NCBI GenBank assembly: GCA_963789265.1
Contig: CAWBKB010000001.1
Coordinates: 1,728,001-1,792,000, forward strand
Direction of reading: 5' to 3'
From: an uncultured delta proteobacterium
GTDB taxonomy: Bacteria > Desulfobacterota > Desulfomonilia > Desulfomonilales > Desulfomonilaceae
DNA: 64,000 bases
The position numbers and the translations under genes were made by a program. The notes under the pieces are model-generated. The model saw only the letters and a program-made list of their open reading frames with translations, was not told where the DNA came from and searched no databases. Of this stretch, positions 1 through 9,694 are shown piece by piece; positions within the stretch are counted from its first letter, which is position 1; every line of letters begins with the position of its first letter.

Positions 1-2726
1 TCACTTCGGGAAAGATAATCGGGGCTTTCTGTCTTTGGGGCTTCTATTGGCCCAGCAACAGTAGCTACACCGGAAGGCAGAATCCCTGCTTTAGCAGCGT
101 AGAAAGCAAGCTCCACATTACCGACCGGCTGCTCCTGCGACAAATACTCGGAAACATTTACCCTCAGCTCCTCAATGCGGTTGTGTTGAGCCAAAGCCCG
201 AATCAACAAGTATCGCACGAGCTTGTGTGGGAAGAGTATCTTTACTCTCTTGAGCTTAGACCACTTCTCCACATGTCCGAAGTGGACAAGAGCGTCGATA
301 TAAGCCTCTAACTGCGGTGCATATCCGGGAGCGAATGGGTCATTTTGTTCCAGGGTCCCGGGGGCCAGTCTGAACTGTGATAGCCATCGAAGCGCTCTGG
401 GCAAGGCCTCCAAGTAAATTCCCAAACATCTCGCGATTCTAACGACCTGGGACTTGATGTCACTTCCGATTCGGGTATCGACGCCCCGGAACTCATCCGT
501 GAATACCTCGAAGAGACGGTTTCCAAGCTCCCTCTTTCCTTCCTCTGCGAGGCTGAACATGACATCAAGCGCTGTGCGAGGTTCTATAAGCCAGCGATTG
601 GCTTCCGCTGAATAGGCGAAGCTCATAACCTCCTGCTCGCGGCCTAGTGCGAGCAGTGCATTTGCGAGGAGAGTGTGATCGAGATTGTGTTCAAATCGCT
701 CCCACGTTCGGTATCCTAACGGCCCGAGTCGACTGAGCCGTACGATATTGCGGCTCTTAAAGGCTGACTCGACGGCCCAGTGTATGGCATCCAGAATTTC
801 CGGAGATGGCCTGCAGTGCATTAACGCACGATCAACGAACTCAGTGTTCACCTCCTCCAAGACGTATATGTAATCCTCGGCCTCGTGGGAGTACTCGAAA
901 ACATGACTGAACCAACGGGGCGAATCCTTGTTGGCCTTGAGAAAGGATGCGATCTGACCACGTATCTCACGTAACCAATCATCAGAGATTTGACCAATCA
1001 TAAATTCGCGGAAGCTATTGTGGAAAACGGTCAACCTGTCTTGGGTGGGCCTCAGAAGGTGGCTCATGCATTTGAACGCGTCCTCGAACGCTGGCCGTGT
1101 CAGAGCCCCCTGTATTCGAAAGAGTTCATCCCTGTGCACACTGAAACGCAAGCAAGCCATGACGGCACACAGATGCCTTGCCTCACCCATGCCAACACGC
1201 TCAAATTCTTCCCACAAAAGCTCGTAGTAGCGACGTATGTCGCCTCCGGCCGCAGGGGCTAATGAATCCAAAGTCTCTGTTGGCGACTCACTCGCAATAA
1301 GTTTCTCCGCCACGTACCACAGATAAAGAGGCAAGCCTTCGCACTTCCTGTGCACCTTCACAATGTCGGCGTGAGACAGCTCTGAGAGTCCTCTCTTGGT
1401 GCATAAGTATTCCTCTGTCTCCGCTTCGGAAAAGAGGGGCATTTGGATATGGCTGCTTGGATTTTCTCTCGCGCGTTTAAGGAAATGGGGCCATTTGTGC
1501 AGCTCTTGGGTCCCCACAATAATGGTAACACCTGAGGGAACGTCGGGCGGAAGAGTTGAAATCACCGTGTCTCTGATTTCGGGCTGCAGTCGTTCAGCAT
1601 GATCCAATCCGTCCAGAAAAATTATGAATCTTCTGTTTTTCTGGGTGAAATGTTTGGCAAGGGTTGCCAGGCTTTCCAGAAAGTTACTTTCACTGTAATC
1701 GAAACGCCTTTTGAGGACGTTCGGATATCGCCGGTGGAACTCACTCAGAAGATTCGCACGAAGGCTTTCAGCCTGAACCCGCATTTTTTGCGCGTTATCG
1801 TTTACACCAACGAAACAGTAGTAGCTAAAGATCTCGCATTCGCGTCTGTCAAACCGGTTGAAGTACGTGGTCAATGAGGTGGACTTACCACTTCCGGGAA
1901 GGCCGGTGACAATCAGGTATCCGCCGCTGATCTCAGGCAGCACCCGGTCAAGTTGCTCTGAAAGGGACCGCTGCTCTACGAATTGCGCAGAGTTAACTGG
2001 GAACACTTGGGGCATAAGCAGTTTGCTCTGAAGTCTCTCCAGAAGCCTGTCTATCAAATAGGGTGTTATAGGGTCTCGGGAATAAAGTGCATTCTCCTTG
2101 ATGGCATCCCTGAGGTCAAAAAAGATCGAGTCCTCCGACAACCCCAACTCTTTGTCCAGAAAGTTTCTGATGTGCTGCTCTAGGTCCGGAAGCATTGGTT
2201 GTCGCAACATAAACCGGAACTCACCCAAGAAGGTGGTGAAAGGTTCGGCGTCGAGTCCTGAGGCAGTGGCTAGCTGCGAACGGATTTCCTTAGCATCCCC
2301 CCGACTTCGGTCCTCGATGACCTCACACGCAAATCCCGTTCCTTTCGCGTTCACAAGGTCTACTAGAGGTGCATCAAGACCTCGGTTGGAGCAAAGGTAG
2401 GCAGTACGCTTGTGATTGGGGAACCGTTCCCTCAATTTCTGCCAACTGGCAGCGAATTTTCTGATGCTAACAGGGCTCTCCGGGTTAAGGAAGTCAGCCA
2501 ACTCATAGACCGAAAGGGGTTTGACGGCATACTTGACTTGGTAGGCGAGGATATCTGATTCCTGGAAAAGAACGATGTCATCGAGGTTGCCAGACTTTTC
2601 GTACTCGAGATATATCTCGAAAGGCTTTCGATCGACATACGCTTCAAGGACTAAGCGTAGCGCAGTAAGGTCCTGATAGTCATCTCCCTTTCTTCGGGAG
2701 CTTCCTCTTTTGCCTGATTCCGACAT
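1..2726 (-). CDS. Avs3-like antiviral STAND NTPase with N-terminal Cap4/DUF4297-like PD-(D/E)xK nuclease (3' end runs off the window)
   Basis: Manual translation of the segments checked from ATG 2726 is open and in one frame, and no stop is reached before the window edge, so it is absent from the ORF track. Motifs: GDDYQD, NLDDIV, YQVK (nuclease); Walker A GLPGSGKST; YYCFV; Walker B IIFLDGLDH; GxP motif EGLPLYL; GDIRRYYELLW; FHNSFREF. Confidence 0.85.
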   Translation of the reverse strand, partial: MSESGKRGSSRRKGDDYQDLTALRLVLEAYVDRKPFEIYLEYEKSGNLDDIVLFQESDILAYQVKYAVKPLSVYELADFLNPESPVSIRKFAASWQKLRERFPNHKRTAYLCSNRGLDAPLVDLVNAKGTGFACEVIEDRSRGDAKEIRSQLATASGLDAEPFTTFLGEFRFMLRQPMLPDLEQHIRNFLDKELGLSEDSIFFDLRDAIKENALYSRDPITPYLIDRLLERLQSKLLMPQVFPVNSAQFVEQRSLSEQLDRVLPEISGGYLIVTGLPGSGKSTSLTTYFNRFDRRECEIFSYYCFVGVNDNAQKMRVQAESLRANLLSEFHRRYPNVLKRRFDYSESNFLESLATLAKHFTQKNRRFIIFLDGLDHAERLQPEIRDTVISTLPPDVPSGVTIIVGTQELHKWPHFLKRARENPSSHIQMPLFSEAETEEYLCTKRGLSELSHADIVKVHRKCEGLPLYLWYVAEKLIASESPTETLDSLAPAAGGDIRRYYELLWEEFERVGMGEARHLCAVMACLRFSVHRDELFRIQGALTRPAFEDAFKCMSHLLRPTQDRLTVFHNSFREFMIGQISDDWLREIRGQIASFLKANKDSPRWFSHVFEYSHEAEDYIYVLEEVNTEFVDRALMHCRPSPEILDAIHWAVESAFKSRNIVRLSRLGPLGYRTWERFEHNLDHTLLANALLALGREQEVMSFAYSAEANRWLIEPRTALDVMFSLAEEGKRELGNRLFEVFTDEFRGVDTRIGSDIKSQVVRIARCLGIYLEALPRALRWLSQFRLAPGTLEQNDPFAPGYAPQLEAYIDALVHFGHVEKWSKLKRVKILFPHKLVRYLLIRALAQHNRIEELRVNVSEYLSQEQPVGNVELAFYAAKAGILPSGVATVAGPIEAPKTESPDYLSRS

Positions 2727-2965
2727 AACAGTTCCAATATGCTCCGGTCCTTATGGTTTTCGTCTATGACCGGAAATAGATCTCCACTCTCACAGACTTC
2801 GTTTGTACGCGAGGCATTAGGTCATCCCGAACTGCATCACGATCCGTATAGGCATCATGTCGTCCGACCAATTCCACACCATTGTACTCCGTTACGTCAT
2901 TAACTCTCCCTTAGCCACTCCTTCTCCACCACAAGACCGGCTGCAACTTCAACGAGCCACAGACC

Positions 2966-3043
2966 TCATGAGACTACGGGCGGCTCCAGTGCTTCCAGTT
3001 CTTTACGGGCAGAGCGCGCAAATGTGATGGAATAATCAGCCGT
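2966..3043 (-). pseudogene. RelE/ParE-like toxin N-terminal remnant
   Basis: Reads (ACG)ADYSITFARSARKELEALEPPVVS*. Resembles a RelE N-terminus, has lost its start codon, is truncated after 25 codons and overlaps the stop of the upstream ORF. Confidence 0.55.
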
Positions 3044-3887
3044 TCCGGGTCAGTTTGCCCTTTTGGCGCAGCCGCTTCTTAACGGCATCCAAAGATTCGC
3101 GCGGTTCGTCCTGCCGCTCTTTAGCCAGATCGGTGACTGCTAGATCGCAAACAATTTGCCGTATTCGTCTCCTCGAAGACTCCAGGACCTCTTTCTCCAG
3201 CTCCAGCGTCACGGTTCCGTTGTAGCCTTTATTCATCAGCGCACCGAATATCTTTTGAAAATCAATAATTCCCTCTCCGATCGGGAGATGCAGATCATCG
3301 TTCACACCTCGCCCCCCCCTATTGTCATGAACGTGAATGTGTTTTATGGAAGCAGAAAGTCTCTCGATGATGTCGAACGAGGTGTTGGTGCTGCTTAGGA
3401 GTTGTCCGTGCCCGACGTCCAAGGTCAGACCGAGATCCGGGACAGCTTCCAATATCCGTCCTAGATCTGCTGCGGTTTCGGAAAGGTTTTCAAGACCTAT
3501 GAGCACACCGTTCTCACGGGCATAGGCGCAGATCGCCGTCAAGAAACGTCGCTTCTCCCCGCGTGCTTCCGAATTTACAAAGCGAGGATCCAGCCAGAGA
3601 TGGATAGTGAGAAACGCTATTTTCAGCTCACGTACATCATCTACAGTCTTCTTGAGCGCGGGATAGTAGATCTCCCACAAGTGATTGATATCGTTAGGCG
3701 GCCCTTCCTGAGGACCATGAGCAATTAGAAAGTAGCCCGAGTTAAACTCATTAGTGATCTCTGAGGCAAGCCAATAGGCGCGCGATTCGGCATTTCGTAG
3801 GATAATCTCGCCCAGGTCAAATTTTCGATCTCGAAGGTACTCGATATCATCCAGAAATTTAACATGGCCCCCGTAAAGCATAGCCAT
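3036..3887 (-). CDS. Sugar phosphate isomerase/epimerase family (xylose isomerase-like TIM barrel) with antitoxin-like C-terminal tail
   Basis: Metal-binding motifs LENL, LDVGH, HIHVHDN, DLHLPIGEG, TLE. Confidence 0.85.
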   Translation of the reverse strand: MAMLYGGHVKFLDDIEYLRDRKFDLGEIILRNAESRAYWLASEITNEFNSGYFLIAHGPQEGPPNDINHLWEIYYPALKKTVDDVRELKIAFLTIHLWLDPRFVNSEARGEKRRFLTAICAYARENGVLIGLENLSETAADLGRILEAVPDLGLTLDVGHGQLLSSTNTSFDIIERLSASIKHIHVHDNRGGRGVNDDLHLPIGEGIIDFQKIFGALMNKGYNGTVTLELEKEVLESSRRRIRQIVCDLAVTDLAKERQDEPRESLDAVKKRLRQKGKLTRNG

Positions 3888-3952
3888 ACCTGCCCGAAAA
3901 TTTGTATTCCGACAAAGGCGGCGGAATGGAATCCTTCACCGCTGAGAGCGCC

Positions 3953-4023
<71 letters not shown>

Positions 4024-4192
4024 AAATACACGATCATATTTCCGGAACGCAGTAATTAGAGCAAACTTGCATGCCTGCGTTGTTTTCGCTCCATCTCGCT
4101 GCGGCACGAACATGAATGCGATGTGCCACAACTTATGGAAATTCAGGAAAAAATAGAAGTCTCTGCGTTCTCTGCGCTCTCAGCGGTGAGTC

Positions 4193-5377
4193 TTATTCCA
4201 ACCCAATTTCTTGATCCGTGAGATAACAGGCCGGGTCCGGTGCCCACACATCTCCGAAGATAGCTTCCGCCCGAACTCTGAAGTTGCCTCCGCAGATGTC
4301 CAACCAGCGGCACCGGGCACAACGCCCTTTCACGTGCCTTTTCTTTTCTTTGAGTTTCATCAACAGCTCGTCGGATGGGTCCGTCCAAATCTTGCTGAAC
4401 GGGCGCTGGCGAACATTTCCAAACGAGTGGTGCCGCCAAAATTGGTCCGCGTGAACAGCTCCGTCCCAGGACACGCAGCCGATGCCTCGGCCGGAATTGT
4501 TGCCCTCGTTCATCTCAAGGAGTTGCAATACTTCCGCGGCTCGCTTCGGATCTTCTTTTGTCAAACGGAGGTACGTGTACGGGCCGTCTGCATGATTGTC
4601 CACAGTAAGGACTTCCACCGGCTGCCCCTTTTCGTGAAGCATTCTGGTGCGATCCAGGATTAGATCCACCACTTCTCTGGTCCGCTCGTGATCGAGGTCT
4701 TCGTTGACGAGTTCCGTGCCCCGGCCGGCATACACCAGATGATAGAAACAGATCCTCGGGATCCCTTTTTCTTCCACAAGATCGAAGATCCCTGGAATAT
4801 CCTGGATATTGCGCTTGTTGATGGTGAACCTCAACCCCACCTTCAAGCCTACAGCCTGGCAGTTCTTGATTGCCGCCATGACTCGCGAAAATGTGCCTGG
4901 AATGCCTCTAAATGCATCGTGGACTTCTTGAAGGCCGTCCAGACTAATTCCCACATACGACAAACCGATATCTTTGAGCTTTTCAGCCAGAGCAGGGGTG
5001 ATGAGAGTGCCGTTCGTGGAAAGGACCGCTCTCCTGCCTTGCTGCGCCGCGTATCTGATCAAATCGAGGATGTCAGGGCGGATTAGGGGCTCTCCGCCTG
5101 AAAAAAGAATCACCGGAGACCCGAATCGGGCGAGGTCGTCAATCAGGCTCTTCCCCTCTTCAAACGAGAGTTCACCGCTGTACCCGCGGTCCTCGGACTG
5201 GGAATAGCAATGAACGCATCGGAGGTTGCAGCGACGGGTCACGTTCCATACTACGACCGGCTTTTTATCGATGGAGAACTGCAGCAGGTGAGAGGGGAGA
5301 TCTTCGGACCGGCGTGCGTAGCGCAAAGGATCGGAGGCTTCTACCGCGCCGCAATAAAGTTTTGAAATTCCAATCAT
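4193..5377 (-). CDS. ahbC: Radical SAM/SPASM 12,18-didecarboxysiroheme deacetylase (alternative haem biosynthesis)
   Basis: N-terminus MIGISKLYCG..DPLRY; CNLRCVHC radical SAM motif; SPASM cysteines CARCRWLDICGG and DPACY. Confidence 0.85.
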   Translation of the reverse strand: MIGISKLYCGAVEASDPLRYARRSEDLPSHLLQFSIDKKPVVVWNVTRRCNLRCVHCYSQSEDRGYSGELSFEEGKSLIDDLARFGSPVILFSGGEPLIRPDILDLIRYAAQQGRRAVLSTNGTLITPALAEKLKDIGLSYVGISLDGLQEVHDAFRGIPGTFSRVMAAIKNCQAVGLKVGLRFTINKRNIQDIPGIFDLVEEKGIPRICFYHLVYAGRGTELVNEDLDHERTREVVDLILDRTRMLHEKGQPVEVLTVDNHADGPYTYLRLTKEDPKRAAEVLQLLEMNEGNNSGRGIGCVSWDGAVHADQFWRHHSFGNVRQRPFSKIWTDPSDELLMKLKEKKRHVKGRCARCRWLDICGGNFRVRAEAIFGDVWAPDPACYLTDQEIGLE

Positions 5378-5462
5378 ACGGGACCTCATGTGGGAGACTT
5401 ATAAGTAAGGATAACGCGTACAATAATGACTTGCAACCAAAGCAAGTGAATGGAATCAGTAC

Positions 5463-5491
5463 TTGACACTTGTGATTTTAGATACTATAAC
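5463..5491 (+). promoter_or_regulatory. Sigma70 promoter of marR (probably leaderless) with overlapping operator
   Basis: TTGACA-17 nt-TATAAC. ATG at 5498 lies at the expected +1. The motif TTTTAGATACTATAA (5476-5490) overlaps the -10. Confidence 0.7.
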
Positions 5492-5497
5492 CATCCC

Positions 5498-5946
5498 ATG
5501 TCCGTGGAATCGAGCAACCTGGCTGAACGGATTCGCCGCATTATCAACCGGCTGATTTTCTTGGAAAAGCGTAGCGTTATTCAGCAAGAGGGGGTGCGGC
5601 TCCACCCCTCGGAAATCCATTTGATGCAGGTCATTAAGGAACGTCCCGAGCTAAATGCCGGCGAGATGGCGCAACAGCTCGCAGTTAGCAACGGCGCGGT
5701 ATCCCAAACTTTGGCCCGACTTGAAAGAAAAGGAGTTATCACGAAGTCCCGAGATCCCTCCCTCAGAACAGAGTAACTGCGATGTTTACCGAGCCCGGAA
5801 GGATGGCTATACAGCGTTTTGAGGAGGAACGGGCCTCGTCTGTTAGGTCTTTCTCTAACTACCTTTCCAGTCTCTCCGAAGGGGAAATGAAACTGATCGA
5901 CAGCTTCCTTTCGCACATGGAAGAATTCCTCGCAGAGTTAGAGTAA
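5498..5946 (+). CDS. MarR family transcriptional regulator (frameshift near 5765, probably an assembly error)
   Basis: Winged HTH (AGEMAQQLAVSNGAVSQTLARLERKG). After ~5765 the alternative frame continues NRVTAMFTEPG...FLAELE* to 5946. Confidence 0.8.
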
Positions 5947-5963
5947 TTTTTTTTGCGTTGTGT

Positions 5964-5978
5964 TTATAGCATCTAAAA
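5964..5978. promoter_or_regulatory. Second copy (inverted) of the putative MarR operator, upstream of the MerB-like gene
   Basis: TTATAGCATCTAAAA has reverse complement TTTTAGATGCTATAA, 14/15 identical to 5476-5490. Confidence 0.6.
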
Positions 5979-6033
5979 CCAACATTATCATGTTTTCTGG
6001 ACTTAACCTCAAAAAGCAATGAAAGGAGCGAGC

Positions 6034-6777
6034 ATGCGTAACAAGCTGATGGCTGGGGTGTGGCGCTACATCCTGGGTGTTCCGCCGTTTCTCTGGGAAA
6101 AACAAATTCAGAGAGCTGTCCGCAAAGTGGAACGTTCCACTCGATTCATGACCGCGGAGCACAGGCTGGTTCATCACTACGTGGTCAAAGAGTTGCCGCG
6201 CTACAGTAAGCCCATGGCTCCGGACTTGGTGGCCCGGAGATTGAACCTAGATCCGGCGCGCACTGTGGAGATACTGGAGGACTTAGAGAGGCACCTGACC
6301 TTCGTGTACAGGGACAAGGAGGGAAAAGTGACCTGGGCTTATCCCGTGACGGTGGAAGAAACGCCCCATTCCATAACCTTCCATTCGGGAGAGGAGTTAT
6401 ACGCTGCTTGAGCGGTAGACGCGTTCGCGACGCCCTTCGTGCAGGGGCGACTCAGGGGTGACGCAGTGTCTGTGGGCGTGGTATCTGAATGCGCCCATTG
6501 CAAGCGAACCATGCGTATGGAGATCGACAGTGATATGAATTGCAGGTGTCAGGACGGGGATTGCAGCCCTATAATCTTCGTTCCTGAAGTGGATTTTCAA
6601 ACTCTGAAAGATCCAAGCATAATAGATTCGTTTTGAAAGGAGAGCGTTTTCTTCTGGTCAGAAGAACATGCTAGAGAATACCGTAGAGAGACTCACAGGG
6701 TGCGGGGCTCGTACTTCACGGCTCGACAAATAGCTTACTTGAATACGCGAATTCAGAGCGCTTTATTCGGATGGTAG
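6034..6777 (+). CDS. MerB (alkylmercury lyase)-like selenoprotein with two selenocysteines (U126, U201), 247 aa
   Basis: RBS AAGGAG. One frame with TGA at 6409 (LYAA-U-AVD vs MerB LYAWCALD) and 6634 (IDSF-U-KESVFF vs MerB RQSFCCHVHFF). AYPVT..TPH and SEC motifs. Ends at TAG 6777. Confidence 0.85.
6431..6449 (+). promoter_or_regulatory. SECIS-like hairpin for UGA 6409
   Basis: CGCCCTT-CGTGC-AGGGGCG; 26 nt separate the UGA from the loop, which has GU at positions 2-3. Confidence 0.65.
6643..6672 (+). promoter_or_regulatory. SECIS-like hairpin for UGA 6634
   Basis: AGCGT-T-TTCTTCT-GGTC-AGAAGAA-C-ATGCT; GGUC loop 19 nt after the UGA. Confidence 0.8.
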
Positions 6778-6916
6778 GTTTGCCGTGCCGGATCTGACGA
6801 AGAGGCTTTTGGAAATCGGTTACAGACATCTATGATGAATGAAATCATCATTGAGTTTGCGTCTGTCTTTCTCGGTCCCGGGCTCGGCCCGGGAACCAGG
6901 CATCCAGTGGGTACTC

Positions 6917-7369
6917 TCAGCCGGATTGGCCTGCTTGCAAGCTGCTGAAGAAATCCTCGAGAATCTTCGCGTGGTCAAAAGCCAGTGGGGTAGGGAGGGT
7001 CTGCCGGTCAAATAGGCCAATGTCCGCAGCGTCATCCGCGGCCTTGGGGACTCCGTTTGCCTGGCCGGTAAAAACTACGCTGAGCGTATGTTGGCGCGGG
7101 TCTCGATCGGGCGCGGAGTAGACCCCAAAAAGCTCCAGTCGCTCAACATCCAAACCGGTCTCCTCCTTCGCTTCCCGTAGCGCCGCGTGCTCCGCGGGCT
7201 CGCCGTAGTCAATAAAACCGCCGGGGATTGCCCAACCGTGCGGCGGATTCTTTCGTTTTATGAGCACAACGAATCGGCCGACCCGGATGATCACATCAGC
7301 CGCGGGTATAGGGTTTCTATACACAGTGACAAGCCGGCCGCAGTTGGGGCAGGTAACACCTTCTTTCAT
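6917..7369 (-). CDS. NUDIX hydrolase
   Basis: Nudix box GGFIDYGEPAEHAALREAKEETGL; RDPR and LAFDH motifs; start taken at MKEGVTCPNC. Confidence 0.9.
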   Translation of the reverse strand: MKEGVTCPNCGRLVTVYRNPIPAADVIIRVGRFVVLIKRKNPPHGWAIPGGFIDYGEPAEHAALREAKEETGLDVERLELFGVYSAPDRDPRQHTLSVVFTGQANGVPKAADDAADIGLFDRQTLPTPLAFDHAKILEDFFSSLQAGQSG

Positions 7370-7476
7370 GGATTTGCTCCTGATGGATGTGATGGCGAGA
7401 GGATACGCGGGAAATTGAAATGATGCCAGATTATCCTGAAAAAAGAGTGTGGCCGTGTTTTTTTTGGACGAGGGGG

Positions 7477-7522
7477 TTGACAATTGGGACGGATATTGGC
7501 ACTCACTAAGGTAGAGTGCTAA
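7477..7522 (+). promoter_or_regulatory. groESL promoter -35 and CIRCE (HrcA operator)
   Basis: TTGACA at 7477; TTGGCACTC-N9-GAGTGCTAA at 7496-7522 (1 mismatch to the CIRCE consensus). Confidence 0.9.
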
Positions 7523-7568
7523 CAAACTCGAGCACCATACTTTTAACTAAACACCAGGAGGTAAAACG

Positions 7569-7856
7569 ATGAAATTTCGCCCTCTGTATGATCGAATCCT
7601 CGTCGAGAGGGTAGAGTCGGAGGAAGTTACCAAAGGAGGCATAATCCTCCCCGACACCGCGAAGGAAAAACCTCAGCAAGGTAAGATTATTGCGGTCGGT
7701 TCGGGCAAACACACAGAAGACGGGAAAGTCATTCCTTTGGAGCTTAAGGCAGGCGACACCATTCTTTTCGGGAAATATTCAGGTTCGGAAATTAAGATTG
7801 AAGGCACAGAATACCTGATAATGAAAGAAGACGACGTATTGGGCCTAGTCGAATGA
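7569..7856 (+). CDS. groES: Co-chaperonin GroES
   Basis: [30 protein letters not shown]. Confidence 0.98.
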   Translation: MKFRPLYDRILVERVESEEVTKGGIILPDTAKEKPQQGKIIAVGSGKHTEDGKVIPLELKAGDTILFGKYSGSEIKIEGTEYLIMKEDDVLGLVE

Positions 7857-7930
7857 CGACCGCTGCGCTTTCGAAACCCGACTCACGTTTCAAATCCAAA
7901 CCACGAAACAATTCAGGGAGGAGCAAATAA

Positions 7931-9562
7931 ATGGCCGCGAAGATTATCATGTTCGAACAACAGGCCAGAGACAAGATCCTGAAAGGGGTCAACATGATGG
8001 CCGATGCTGTGAAGTCTACTCTGGGCCCCAGGGGCCGGAACGCGATTCTCGAGAAATCCTGGGGCGCGCCCAACGTTACCAAAGATGGTGTGACTGTGGC
8101 CAAGGAGATCGAACTTGAAGACAGGTTCGAAAATCTCGGCGCCCAAATGCTCAAAGAGGTTGCTTCCAAAACTTCCGATGTAGCCGGCGATGGTACCACC
8201 ACAGCGACTGTCCTGGCTCAAGCCATTTACCGCGAAGGCATCAAGATGGTTGCCGCGGGTTCGTCCCCTATGGACCTCAAGAGGGGGATCGAGTCGGCGG
8301 TGGAGGCAGTCGTAAAGAACCTGAAGAGTCTGTCCAAACCTACCAAGGACAAGAAAGAAATTGCCCAGGTGGGCACGATTTCCGCCAACAACGACCCCAC
8401 TATCGGGAACATTATTGCCGAAGCAATGGAAAAGGTTGGAAAGGAAGGGGTCATCACCGTCGAAGAGGCCAAGGCCATGGAGACGACCTTGGAAGTGGTC
8501 GAGGGAATGCAATTCGACCGTGGATACCTGTCTCCGTACTTCGTCACCGATGCGGAGCGAATGGAAGTCTCCTTGGAAGAGCCTTATATCCTTATTCATG
8601 AGAAGAAGATTTCCAACATGCGCGATATGCTGCCGCTACTGGAACAGGTAGCAAAGATGGGCAGACCGCTCCTCATCGTTGCTGAAGATGTCGAAGGCGA
8701 AGCACTGGCTACACTTGTGGTAAACAAGCTCAGAGGAACCCTTAATGCTTCCGCGGTCAAGGCCCCTGGCTTTGGTGATCGTCGTAAGGCGATGCTCGAG
8801 GATATCGCCGTGCTGACCGGCGGCCAGGTCATTTCCGAGGATTTGGGACTGAAACTTGAGAAGGTATCAGTCAATGACCTCGGACGGTGCAAACGGGTGG
8901 CGGTGGACAAAGACAACACCACAATCGTTGATGGTTATGGTGCAAAAGAAAAGATTGAAGGTCGGGTAAAGCAGATTCGGACTCAGATTGAGGAGACCAC
9001 CTCGGACTATGACCGTGAAAAGCTTCAAGAAAGGCTGGCCAAGTTGGTCGGCGGAGTGGCCGTCATTAACGTTGGGGCCGCGACCGAGACCGAGATGAAG
9101 GAAAAGAAGGCCAGAGTTGAGGACGCACTCAATGCTACCCGCGCTGCGGTGGAGGAAGGCATTGTCCCGGGTGGTGGCGTTGCTTATCTGCGATGCCTGG
9201 GAGAAGTGGAAAAACTGAAACTGGAAGGGGATCAGGCTGTCGGGGCCAAGATCGTTCGCCGTGCATTAGAAGAACCTCTTCGCCAAATAGCAGCCAATGC
9301 CGGTCACGACGGCTCCATCGTCGTTGACAAAGTCAAGTCAAACGAAGGTGCGTGGGGCTTCAACGCTCAAAATGAACGCTACGAAGACCTTCTGGACAAC
9401 GGCATAATCGATCCTACCAAGGTGACCAGATTGGCATTGCAGAACGCCGCCTCAGTGGCGGGGCTCATGCTGACAACCGAGGTCATGGTTGCAGAGAAGC
9501 CCAAGGATAAAGAGATGCCGCCTATGCCCGGTGGTGGTATGCCGCCTGGTGGTATGTATTAA
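7931..9562 (+). CDS. groEL: Chaperonin GroEL
   Basis: [25 protein letters not shown]-type tail. Confidence 0.99.
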   Translation: MAAKIIMFEQQARDKILKGVNMMADAVKSTLGPRGRNAILEKSWGAPNVTKDGVTVAKEIELEDRFENLGAQMLKEVASKTSDVAGDGTTTATVLAQAIYREGIKMVAAGSSPMDLKRGIESAVEAVVKNLKSLSKPTKDKKEIAQVGTISANNDPTIGNIIAEAMEKVGKEGVITVEEAKAMETTLEVVEGMQFDRGYLSPYFVTDAERMEVSLEEPYILIHEKKISNMRDMLPLLEQVAKMGRPLLIVAEDVEGEALATLVVNKLRGTLNASAVKAPGFGDRRKAMLEDIAVLTGGQVISEDLGLKLEKVSVNDLGRCKRVAVDKDNTTIVDGYGAKEKIEGRVKQIRTQIEETTSDYDREKLQERLAKLVGGVAVINVGAATETEMKEKKARVEDALNATRAAVEEGIVPGGGVAYLRCLGEVEKLKLEGDQAVGAKIVRRALEEPLRQIAANAGHDGSIVVDKVKSNEGAWGFNAQNERYEDLLDNGIIDPTKVTRLALQNAASVAGLMLTTEVMVAEKPKDKEMPPMPGGGMPPGGMY

Positions 9563-9606
9563 TCGGCTGCCGGGGGACCGGCCAGACTCTGTCCCGCACA
9601 GCAACA

Positions 9607-9634
9607 GGAGAGGGGGAAAATTGGCCCCCTCTCC
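9607..9634. terminator. Hairpin between convergent groEL and pyrI
   Basis: GGAGAGGGGG-8 nt-CCCCCTCTCC, 10-bp stem, no clear U-tract. Confidence 0.6.
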
Positions 9635-9694
9635 GACTTGTGCGCAGCGAAGATCTATGTTCTTCAAGCGCCATATGTTCGCCGTGCCGTTTTT

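Noticed and set aside
5760..5790. Programmed recoding or selenocysteine in marR
   Set aside because: The stop is TAA and the continuation is in another frame with no slippery motif; an indel fits better.
7913..8599. Antisense ORFs over groEL, and similar ones over hemA, thiolase, fadB and the aldo/keto reductase
   Set aside because: Shadow frames of strongly conserved genes.
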